Positions 36,864 to 48,162 of a DNA stretch of 49,987 bases are shown here, piece after piece; position 1 is the stretch's first letter, and each line of letters begins with the position of its first letter. The DNA comes from Thelocarpon superellum (lineage: Eukaryota). The position numbers and the translations under genes are program-made. The stretch is taken from contig JAPEUG010000095.1 of the NCBI GenBank assembly GCA_026025795.1, forward strand, positions 1-49,987, written 5' to 3'. Under the pieces are notes generated by a model. That model searched no databases. It was not told the origin of the DNA and saw only the letters and a list, made by a program, of their open reading frames with translations.

Positions 36864-37506
36864 GCTGTCGTCAATGTCATGTCGATTTCCTACCTGTACG
36901 ATGCTGCCCTCGCTGGCTAGAGCATAGTATCGTTTGCCACGGCGTGGGCGTGCGCGCAGTCTTGGCTGGCGTTCAGGCACCCTGGCTTGGCCCATGGCGT
37001 TCTGCACCATGGCGGCTTGCAGGACTGTAACGTCTGCTGGCTGTACGACCTCGCCACCCCAGGCCCGACCAGGGTGAAGGCCCCTCGTCTGCGCCGGTGG
37101 GGCAGTATGGAATGAAAAGGCTCGAGTTTATCCGGACAGGTTGAGAAGGAAAAGTCAATGCATACATCAAGCATTGCGGACGATCGGTCCGGTCGCGTGG
37201 GCGGCAGGGTCCAGCCCAGTCTGGCGCGCCCAGACCCGGCCGCCGCCGCCACCATCACCACGCCGGCGGCGTGAGAGAGACCCAACTGCCTCGTCCCGAG
37301 ACTGCGTGCCCACCTGAATCAGGGCGTAAGAGTCAAGCAATCATCAATGGTAGCGGTCAAGTTTCCCTGCATGCCCGATCGATGCTCATGCGAGGCTGCC
37401 GCCGTCCGATTCCGTGCGTTTGTAAAGATCCGTCACAACCTCTGGCCTAGTTTCCTTCACCAGGTCGGCTACGCGGCCAAGCGTGATACATGTGCCACAC
37501 GTAGGA

Positions 37507-37619
37507 GTCGGGGTCGGGGTCGGGGTCGGGGTAAGGATTGGGGTTGGGGACGTGAGTGGGCCGGTGGGCGTCAACAGCCGCTGCATCGACCGTTGACCGT
37601 TGGCTGTTGACCGTTGACG
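37507..37619. repeat. G-rich (GGGGTC)n run and (GTTGACC)n repeats
   Basis: Directly visible; the G4 tracts could form a G-quadruplex. Confidence 0.7.
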
Positions 37620-39805
37620 TGTAGCAAACACGGACGATGCATGAATGCACAACAGCGTTTCAGGGTGCAGAGTGGCCAGAGCAGGTCCAAGAGACTCATC
37701 ACAAACTTGTTTCCGTGCGCGTAGGAAAGATAAGAAGGGTCCCATCATTGCGGCCTACAGGAAAGTACCTACACTTGTCCTGTCCGTCTGTGCCGGCGCC
37801 GACATGGACACAGTGACGGGCGCCATCACAGTATGGCCTGGCGCTAATCCCGTCTTGTTGCGGGGAGATGATGGGGTGAGACCCGACATCAAACCGGAGC
37901 AGCGGCTCTACCTTCCACCCCCAGTCGGCGCGCATGGCCGTGCAAGACAGGCGGGAGCGAGGATCAAAGAACGCGCGCAAGGTGGGGTCGACATGTTGCC
38001 ATATCGTCACGGCACCATGATTACCGGCACTGCTGGTCAGACGAGACCAGGAAGGTACCTCAGCCACGCAGGATTCAAATGCTGAGGTTGGTGGGGTCCA
38101 TTACCCGGCGCGCACGTCGCACGGCCGGGTGGCCTCCGAAGATAGACCGAGGAAGGAGAGGGGCAGAGGCACTGGCAGAGGCACCGGCAGCGCGAGAACC
38201 GTTAGACATGACGGGAGCCGGATCCACCGACCAGGTCTCTGCGTGGCTGCAGGTGGGCACGCTGAGGCCCTGCCACGCATTGATCGTGCGGATGTCGTGT
38301 CACCCACAGGGATAAGCCGCGGGCATATCGCATCCAATGTGCTAGAGGTGAAACCACAATGAGGGTCGACACACCTGCACCGTACTTGGAGTGGGCCAGC
38401 GATCGCCAAAAGCCAGTACCGTGCTGGCGACCGCCGTGATGGCGGCAGCCTCGTTTCTGGTCAGGGCAGTTGGCGGCCGGGTCCACAACGTCACACCGGG
38501 TTAACAACAGCCCTGCAGGTGGGGGGTCGACCGGCGAAATTTTAGATGCGGACCAGGTGTCCTACATCGTGCATCAAGCAATGTTACGATCAGACTTTTC
38601 CATCCATTGGCACAGGCGCTGGGGGTTGCAGGGGATAGAGAGCGCTGGCCAGCACGAGCACGACGGAAAAGGTCACGCGCGCTACCGGGGCCCGGCAATT
38701 GATGCCATTTGAGGGCCCAGCAGTAGTGCAGCTGTCATACAAACGAGCGTTGCAGGAGACTGGCACTGCAGCATGCCCCGGCCACTCAATCCCCAGCGGG
38801 CTGGCCCGGGTACTGCCCACCATGTCTCCGGCAGGTAACTTCAGACCGTGATGGGTCCGATTTCCACGTGTTGGGAGCCAATAGGACCACGACCGCCCAT
38901 CGGGCGCCGTCGGACTCGTCGTCTCACCGCGGCAGAACATGGAGGAAGGCTCCCTCATCACGCAAGCCACCGGAGAAATGCCTCCCGACAGGATCGCGCA
39001 ACGAATGCTCAACAGATCTTGCGGCCATCGTCGCTGGAGGCCGAGGCTGTACCGCCGTTCAAACGTCGATGGACAACCATGTCTCGTGTAGCTCTGGCGG
39101 CAGCAAGGTGGAGACCGCATGGTGCAAGCACAGATGGGGGTGCTGGATGTGTGAGGATGTCGCACAAACACGCACCCTCTCTTCGGCTTGGTCAAAGCGA
39201 GGCAGGGAGTAGACTACGACCAGCATAGCTGTTGCTCGTGCCTTGCCCCATCGAGCGGCCGCCAATAATGCCCGTCAATCGGGGAGCGAAAAGTACCTTC
39301 TGGGTAGGCGAAAAGAGCAGCGACAAGGGGCTGGTCAGGCCATTGTCGAGATACGCCGTACGAGGCACGGCGAAGAACATCAAATGCGTGCGGGTAACAT
39401 CGGGCTTGCTGTTTCCTGCTCAGCGATCCGATCTCTTCCCTGCTCCGTCCAACAAGATAGCGAGAGACTCCAGGCGAAGTTTGATCGATGTCGTGTTTGA
39501 TGCAAAAATCCTCCATGATGGTAGAATGGGATTGCTCTGATGTACGAAGTACCAAGTACGTTGCGTACTCGCAAACCTGTTGAGTTTCGCTCGGTACGAC
39601 ACACAGATTCTTAGCGTGTTCTCTCGAGGCGAATTGCAGGCCCCAGACGAAGATATCCAATTAACCGTGTTGTTGGTCTCGACGCCCAGAACAAGCGTAT
39701 GCCATCGCCGTCGTAATCAACAGGTCTCGGTGAGTGGTAGGTCGATGGACGCATCATGTGAAAAGATCTTGCGTCGACGACCGATTCCTGGAGCGACCCG
39801 AGACG

Positions 39806-41329
39806 ATGAGCGTGCTCTTGGAAACCTCCGTCGGTGACCTAGTCATCGATCTCTTGCCCGAATATGCCCCGAAGCTGTGCGAGAAGTACGTGACCTCCCC
39901 CACTCCCTTACTACGTTGGTCCGACTGAATGCAGCTGAGAATGATAGTTTCCTCAAGCTGTGCAAGGTCAAATACTTCAACTTCTCGCCCCTCTACAATG
40001 TGCAGAAGGACTTCTCGTTCGAGACGGGCGATCCGATTGGGCCCGGCTCAGCGGGCAGCGACGGCGGCATGTCCATCTGGGGCCTCATCCATGGTCCCGC
40101 ACGCCAGAGCTTCCCCGCCGAATTTCATCCCAAGTTGAAGCATGTGGAGCGGGGTACGGTTAGCATGGCCACCGCGCCTGGCCCGAAAGATCCCGACGAA
40201 CGGGTCGCGGCCAGTCAGTTTATTGTGACGATGGGCGACCAGCTCGACTACTTGGACGGGAAGGCGGCCATCTTCGGCAAGGTCGTCGAAGGGTTCGACG
40301 CGCTCGAGAAGATCAACAGCGCCTTCTGTGATGAGCAGGGCCGACCGCTGAAGGACATGCGGATACGACACACCGTCGTTCTGGACGACCCGTTTGTTGA
40401 CCCAGACGGGATGATCGAGCCGGCCGAGAGTCCGCTGCCAAGCGCGGCGCAGCTGGCAACGGTGCGCATTGCCGATGACGAAGAACTCGACGAGAACATG
40501 GACGAAGAGGCGGTAGAGAAGCTGCGGCGCGAGCGCGAGGCGCGGGCGCAAGCACTGACTCTGGAGATGGTCGGGGATCTCCCATTCGCCGAGGTCAAGC
40601 CCCCCGAGAACGTGCTCTTTGTCTGCAAGCTGAACCCGGTCACGCAAGGTACGATGGGATCTCGGGCGCCGATGGACTCGGGCTAATGTGCTCTCGATGT
40701 AGACGAGGACCTTGACCTGATCTTCAGCCGCTTTGGGAAGATCTTGTCGTGTGAGGTCATCCGAGACAAACGTACGGGAGACAGCCTCCAGTACGCCTTC
40801 ATCGAGTTTGAGAACCAGAAGGACTGCGAGCAAGCCTATTTTAAAATGCAGGGCGTTCTGATCGACGATCATCGCATTCACGTCGACTTCTCTCAGAGCG
40901 TACGGACAATGGCCCCTCTTCCTATTGTCTCGTGCTGATCCGACGAGGCAGGTCTCCAAGCTCTCGGATACGTGGCGAAATGCGACCAATTCCAGTCGCG
41001 CACGACGGGGCGGCGGGTTTGGCGGCATCTCAGGGCTCGAGAAGAAGCGACATTACAAGGCCATGGACCATTCCGGTGGTCGCGTACAGGGCTACGGCAT
41101 GGTCTTTGATAAAGAGGAGGTTCGTCGGCGGCATGCGCGTCACGATCATCAACCGCCTGCATCTTCTTCACGAGCCCGTTCAAGGAGCCGGAGCCCGGCC
41201 CGTCGGGATCGACCGAATCGCGGACCACCACGAGATGATGGACGGCGGGACGAGCGAGGCCCCCACCATCGAGAAGAAGAACGGCGAGGACACAATTACG
41301 ACCGAGAAATACGGCGGTATGACCGTTAG
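39806..41329 (+). CDS. rct1: Cyclophilin-RRM protein (PPIL4/Rct1/Cyp6)
   Basis: [107 protein letters not shown]-rich tail; 4 exons. Confidence 0.93.
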
Positions 41330-41722
41330 CGGCTGACAGCGACCATGCATGGCTGGCGTTTCGCGAATGAGTGAATGGCGGTTCAATGTAGCGATTGTTG
41401 GCTGGAATACTGTTCCTAGAGCAGCCGGCGCTGATAGGCACTATAACCGACCACTTCATAGTGCGAGTAAGTCCACGGAGTACCGTACTGGGCAGGCCGG
41501 GAGTGCTGGGGGTGAACCACGAAACGTAGAACGCTGAGCCACGTGGGGGCCAGGAGAGTCTTACGGAAGGCGGGGCAATCTTTGGTGAGACCATTCGCGA
41601 CGTCAGCCGCACTGGTCAGAGTGGCAAGTTATCCCACCACCCACCAAACATTGCTCGCCCACGAGACTTGGGAGGACGTTCACGTCAAGGGACGACCCGG
41701 ATACCTTCAACATCGGGGCATC

Positions 41723-43386
41723 ATGGCATCAGCGTACAAAGAGACGGTCGATGCTGTGCTAGGATCACTCCATCTGCCCTCATCGGAGTCCAGTGCGCCA
41801 CCTCGAGAGCCGTCGAAAGAAGAGCTCGAAGCGCTGCAGGAGAACTATCGACAGGCCCAGCAGGAACAGGTCTTTGCCTTTTACGAGGGACTCAGCTCCA
41901 CGGAAAAGGCGGTGTTCTATGATCAGCTCGCCAGCATTGATCCCCACCACATCAATGACATCACTCACAAGGCCCTACATCCTCCGCCGTCCAGCATAGG
42001 TGGCAAGGACGCTCCTGTGGAGCCGCTGCCAGATTCCGCCACGGCCTCGATCCTTGATTCTGAAGCGACAGATATTGAAGAATGGTATTCATCTGGACTG
42101 GACCTGATCGCCGCCAACAAGGTGGCCGTGGTGCTCATGGCCGGGGGCCAAGGCACGCGGCTGGGCAGTTCAGCGCCGAAGGGCTGCTTCAACATCGGCT
42201 TGCCGAGCGAGAAGTCTCTCTTCCAGATCCAGGCTGAGCGCATCCGACGCCTTCAGCGTCTGGCTCAACAGAAGCACGGCAAAGAAGGGGTGGTGATTCC
42301 GTGGTACGTCATGACTAGCGGACCGACACGGGGGCCTACCGAGCAGTATTTTGCCAAGCATCAATACTTTGGCCTGGCCAAGGAGAACGTGGTCATCTTC
42401 GAGCAAGGCGTGTTGCCATGCGTTTCTAATGAGGGCAAGATCCTGCTTGAGAGCAAGTCTAAAGTAGGCCCCACCAATTCTACAGCCCCACGACCCGGAA
42501 GTAAACTAATGGTGAGCAGGTGGCCGTGGCCCCTGACGGGAATGGCGGCATCTATCAAGCACTCGTCACATCGTCGGCCTTGTCTGACATGCGCAGACGA
42601 TCCATCGAGCACATCCACGCCTATTGCGTCGACAACTGTCTGGTCAAGGTGGCTGATCCCACCTTCATCGGATTTGGCGCAGCCAAAGACGTCGACATCG
42701 CGACGAAAGTGGTGCGAAAGCGGAACGCCAAGGAGCCCGTGGGGCTCATCCTGTTGAGGAACGGCAAGCCCGATGTGGTGGAATACTCGGAGATCGACGC
42801 GGTGACGGCGGAAGCCAAGGATCCAAAGCAGCACGATGTGCTCAAATTCCGCGCCGCCAACATTGTGAATCACTACTACTCCTTCCGTTTTTTGGACTCT
42901 ATCCCCCAGTGGGCTCATCAGTTACCTCATCATGTGGCCCGGAAGAAGATTCCGTGCGTGGACCCCGAGACGGGGGAGAGCATCAAGCCTGAGAAGCCCA
43001 ACGGCATCAAGCTCGAGCAATTCGTCTTTGACGTCTTCCCGATGCTGGCGTTGAGCAAGTTCGCCTGCATGGAGGTCAAGCGGGAGGACGAGTTCTCGCC
43101 GCTCAAGAATGCCAAAGGCACTGGCGAAGATGACCCCGACACGAGCCGCAAGGACGTGCTGTCGCAGGGCAAGCGCTGGGTGCAAGCGGCGGCCGCCACG
43201 GTGATCAGTGAGAGCGACAGCAGCGGCGGCATTGAAGTCTCGCCCCTAATCAGCTACGTAAGTGCTTCCGTGCCGATCCCAGGTTGAGGCGTATGAAGGC
43301 TCACATCAGACTAGGGTGGCGAGGGCCTGGATTTCCTCAAAGGGCAAATCATCAAGGAGCCTGCCGTCATCGAGAAGGAGCCGTAG
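41723..43386 (+). CDS. uap1: UDP-N-acetylglucosamine pyrophosphorylase
   Basis: [76 protein letters not shown]; 3 exons. Confidence 0.96.
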
Positions 43387-44669
43387 GGGTCGGATACATC
43401 CGTCCACCTGTACACTGGTACGGAGTAGCACAAATGTTCGAGGCCTTGAGTTAACCGCAGGCCCACCTTACCGAGCAACAAGGACCACACCTCTTTCTTG
43501 TAGCTACTTCGTACGGGTACCATAAGTCACTCGTCCACCGTACAAGCATGGTCCTGCGGACTACTGCTGCAGCAACGGGATGGTGACGGGCCCGCTTGAG
43601 CAGGGCTATCGATAGCTCTCCAACATGCACGAGCCTTTGGTGATCTCCGATGGCGACCTGACGCTAGAAGGAGAGTAGGCAAGCTTCGCCCGGCGCCGAC
43701 CAATGACCTCCCTAAAAATCCCAACCTTAAATGTCGAGTCGGCACCAGGATGCCTGCCTGGCAGAGGCCGGCTGTAAGTCTCGACTGGTGTCTGCCAGAG
43801 GCTGCCAGCGAGACCTAGGTACAAGTACGAGGACGGCTTGTATACCATGGCCGCTCGCACCTACGCCGCTCGCACCTACGAGTACCGGGAGGGCTTGCCA
43901 ACGCTGCGCATTCGCTTGTGCAGACGAGCATAGAGAAGCCGCAGCTAGCGACTAACTCCTCCTGTGGCAAGTAGTGCCACGGACAAGTGCCACCGCCGCA
44001 GACGAAGGGTCCGCCATCCGACTGCGTCGGCGACTAACATATTGTCTGGCCGTGGCTAAAAAGTTGAGTTTACGTACCCGGGAGCAGCACGGTGCTACCA
44101 TACCCACAAGAGACTGGACCCGCGGGCAAGCCTTTCCACCAGCAGTCGGTCCTTTCCCCTGCGGCGAGCTCTCTCCGTACAAAGAGGCCAGTCGTCCTTC
44201 GCTTTCGCTGCACTGATCGTGATCCCCACCATCCACATCATTTTGACGGCCACATCGTTACCCGTGTGGGAGGAAGGAAGAGCCGTGCTGTCGTCGTGGT
44301 CGGAGTGCGCGTGCGAGCGTGAGTGAATCGGAGAAGAACCAGGTTAGTGCCACGTGCGTGATAAGGCATTCTTCGGACGACCACCCGCCACGCTTGCAGA
44401 GACATCGTGGCCGGGTCGTAGGTGTGGCCATGAGGTCGATAGGGAGCTTCTACTCCTCGTGACCCTCCTGACCACCTTCCTACCCTCATCCGACCTCTCT
44501 TGCGTGGGCCAGGGGCCCCGAGCCCGGGGGCCACGGGTGGTTGGTGTGCTGCCGCTGTTGTCGCTGCTCATGCTGCTCGCCGCCGGTCGATACTCTTGCC
44601 GTCGTCGGCAGGCTTCGGACCAGGTCTGATGCTGACTTAGCTGGTACAGAGCACCTGTGTCGTCCCGGT

Positions 44670-45722
44670 ATGGCGTCTCTCTCCCGTCGGGCGTGCTATA
44701 AGTGCGGGAATGTGGGCCACTACGCTGGTGGGTCGTCCTGATTGACCCGAGCTGGATTTGCCCGTTGACATGCCCGTAGAGGTCTGCTCTTCGGCCGAGC
44801 GTCTCTGCTACAACTGTGAGTTCCTCCCACGTGGCAGCCGTGCCCTACCTGCTCATCTGGACTGTGCTGACCTCTCGCGTTAGGCAAGCAGCCTGGTAGG
44901 TCGATGCCTGTCCCATCAGGAGATGGAAGCTCTTGTTGACCACAGCCTTTCCCACACCTAGGTCATGAGTCCAACGGATGCCCACATCCCCGTACAACTG
45001 AGAGTAGGCGATCCCCCCGATCTTCCCTCGTCGCGGCGCATGCATGCTGATGTGTCGCGGTAGCCAAGCAATGCTATCATTGCCAAGGCGTTGGGCACGT
45101 CCAAGCGGACTGCCCGACGCTCCGGTTGAGTGGTGCAGGCACGAGTGGCGTGTGCTATTCGTGTGGCCAACCTGGACATCTCGCCGTTGGTGCCCCCCCC
45201 AATGAAGATTGTGAAGATCCTGGCTGACCGCGAGATAGCGCTCATGCCCATCCGGCGGTATGGGCCGTGGCGTCGGCCGTGGCGCACCCCCTGCGCCTCG
45301 TGGGGGCTACCCTGGAGGCTTCCGGGGCGGATTTGCGGGGACGCCGCGCTCGGCGACGTGCTACAAGTGTGGCGGGCCCAACCACTATGCTCGGGACTGC
45401 CAAGCCCAAGCGATGAAGTGCTACGCCTGTGGAAAACTGGTGAGCGCCGCGCGCCTCACGGCCGCTTCCTAGGCTGCCCGCTTACCCAGCGCAGGGACAC
45501 ATCTCACGCGACTGTACGGCGCCCAATGGTGGACCACTCAATACCGCTGGCAAGACGTGCTACCGCTGCGGCGAGGCCGGGCACATCTCGCGCGACTGTC
45601 CGCAAGTCGAACAGAATGGCGAGGTGGCTGCGGCTCCGGCGCCGGATCCGCTCGTGTCGACGACGGCGCCGCCGACCTTGGCTCCGCAGCCGGCCGCGGC
45701 GCCCACCGCGGCGGCTGCGTGA
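44670..45722 (+). CDS. byr3: CCHC zinc-knuckle nucleic-acid-binding protein (Gis2/Byr3/CNBP family)
   Basis: Seven exons encoding seven CX2CX4HX4C knuckles (CYKCGNVGHYAEVC, CYNCKQPGHESNGC, CYHCQGVGHVQADC, CYSCGQPGHLARSC, CYKCGGPNHYARDC, CYACGKLGHISRDC, CYRCGEAGHISRDC) plus an RGG region; 12-nt micro-exon 44884-44895. Confidence 0.9.
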
Positions 45723-46545
45723 GCCCGCGATGCGCGCGCCTGCCTCCCGCGGGAGACAGGTGAGGCGGTGTGGGCTCGACGAGCGAGGTGGCTCATCATT
45801 TGCGGCAGCTTTCTTTATTTCATAGCATTTCTTGTTCCTCCGGTAGCCGGTCGTTTCCGCTTCTTGCTCGCTGCATTCTCACGGCGCCTCCCACCCTGTG
45901 ACGCAGCCTGGGTAGGCATGCATCTCCTTTCAGCGCTGACTTCGACTTGACGACCCCATCACACATACATGACCCCCCTCACTCATGACTAGCATCTCGG
46001 TACACCTAATACCTCACGACTGGCGCCATCTGTATTCTGGAACGTTGGCTCCCCGCGCGGAACGAGTCGGGGCGGAGGGAGGAGGGCAGAGGCGAGAGAG
46101 GGAGCGAGGAGGCACACCACCAGGCAAAGAGTATGTGGACGGATGAGGAGAGGAGGGTTACAGCAGAAGAAGTTCGTATGCGACAGGGGGTGCTGGCCTG
46201 TTTGGATGCCAGGGCTTTGGCTCGGCCACGCGCGACGCCATTTGATTTCTTTGATCTGCTCGACCGGCGTCGCACGACTCGGCTCATCTGTATCTATCAC
46301 CAAAATCTAGTTCTTGATCTCCACCAGGCTCATGGCACTTCGTCCTCTGCTCGTTGATCGAGCGCTGGGGGCATGTTGCGCGGAGATCGCAGTGTAATTG
46401 GCGGGCGTCGGTGGAGGGAGCGGGGCGGTTCGCCTATTCCAATTCCACCACTCGCGGAGAATTTGTACTTGGTACGAGGTACATGTCTGGGCCCAATCCT
46501 TCTCCCCGAACTGTCCCGTCCCACGACTGATTCATGTTCTTCAAC

Positions 46546-47584
46546 ATGTCGGTCTCCAGTCATCCGGCATTGGTGCAGGACTACACCACCCTGGCTTTAG
46601 CGTTGCCGGCGCTCTCGACCTTCCGGGACCGAGCATCGCATTACCTCTATCTGCGCCGTCACGAGCCGAAGCTCCCGACCCCACTGGATGCGCGCACTCT
46701 CTTCGTGGTCAATGTCCCTGTCGACGCCACCGAGCATCATTTTCGACACCTCTTTGCGAGCGTGGGGGGTGGGCGGGTCGAGAGAGTCGAATTTGACACC
46801 GACCGATCCCGAGACCGAACCACCGCTCCCCCACTCATGGTCCAGCCGACGAGCACCAGAGGACTGAGCCGGAAACGCAGTCGCCAGGAGCGGCTCGAAG
46901 ACAGCGGGCCGGAAGAGCCGGCCCTCGAGCTCTGGGACCGTGAGCTTCACCGTCCGGGCAGCACGGCATTGGTTGTGTTTCTCGACCGAATGAGCCTGGA
47001 GGCGACGATGAAGGGGATTCGAAGGAGAGCCCGCAAGCCCGTGCCGTGGAGACTGCAGACGGAGGGAAAGGTCCCGGAGCTAGGATCAGAGCGTACGTCA
47101 CAAGTTGCGGACATGGTCCTCGTCTGCAAGCCTAATGCATTGCCCCAGGTTATCTCGCGCATCATCAGCTCCGTTATCCTCCCCGCCTTCCCCTACAGGC
47201 ATCTATCGACGGCTTCATGACTCGCTACGCCTCCGTCGAAGCACAGCGAGCTCAACATGCCGCCCGGCTGCGTCAAGACCCGGACGAAGATGGCTTCGTC
47301 ACCGTCACGCGGGGCGGCCGAACGGGACCGGCCCGGCAGGAGGAGGCACAAGCGGCGGCTGAGAAGCAGAAGAAACGGGACGGATTGAAGAACTTTTATC
47401 GATTCCAGACGAGGGAGGAGCGGAAAAAAGCACATGGCGAACTTTTACGGAAGTTTGACGAGGACCGAAGACGGGTGGGAGAGATGAAGCGGAAGCGGGG
47501 GGCGTTCAAGGTAGGCCTCGCGGCCCCACCGTTCTCTGCCTCTTTGAATCTAAGCAAGCTAATCATCGGACGTAGCCCGAATGA
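46546..47584 (+). CDS. rrp7: Ribosomal RNA-processing protein 7
   Basis: HYLYLRRHEPK, RTLFVVNVPVDATE, STALVVFLD, PDEDGFVTVTRGGR, NFYRFQTRE, LLRKFDED, FK-PE*. Final coding exon 47576-47584; alternative ATG at 46534. Confidence 0.9.
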
Positions 47585-48162
47585 CTGCGCCTGCCTAGAC
47601 GCTGAGCCTCCGACCCGCGTGTAGGTAAGGAAGATCTTTCTTGTCAACCGTGCATCTCGGGCTTCTGCGTGATGAATTCGCTGGGGCCATAGCAGCATGA
47701 GGCAAACGCTTCTCAAGCCTCATGCCGTGACTGCACCACCAGCTATACTACATGGCACATGAGTGCCCAATATTCTGACGCGTGATGTCCCGGTGCAATA
47801 TATTCGCCCTTGATCAGTCGTGTTCCCAAGTGCGAAGACTAAGATGCTTAGACAGGCCAGCGGTCATAAAGCCTTTCGCTACGTCCTCTCGGTGTTGCCT
47901 CGCTGTGATGTTCGGGTACGGGAGATGTGGCCTAGGTGGAAGGCACGATCCATCGGCCCATGTAACACTCGGAAAACATCTGGGGAGATCTGAGAGGCAC
48001 TGCGGAATCCCATTCACTCATCTCGTGGCCCACGCTCATTTTTGACCCACTCGATCTGGGGGTCGGTAGCCACGTCTAGCCGTTTCATTCCGCAATAATC
48101 GTCCACGTCGGCATCGATGCACCTCTGCCACACACACCTCGGGTGACCGACGGACGGCCGAG

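Noticed and set aside
19919..47584. Apparent cluster of RNA-processing and translation genes (spf38, rps24, efm3, rct1, byr3, rrp7)
   Set aside because: Common housekeeping classes interleaved with unrelated genes; no evidence of a functional cluster.
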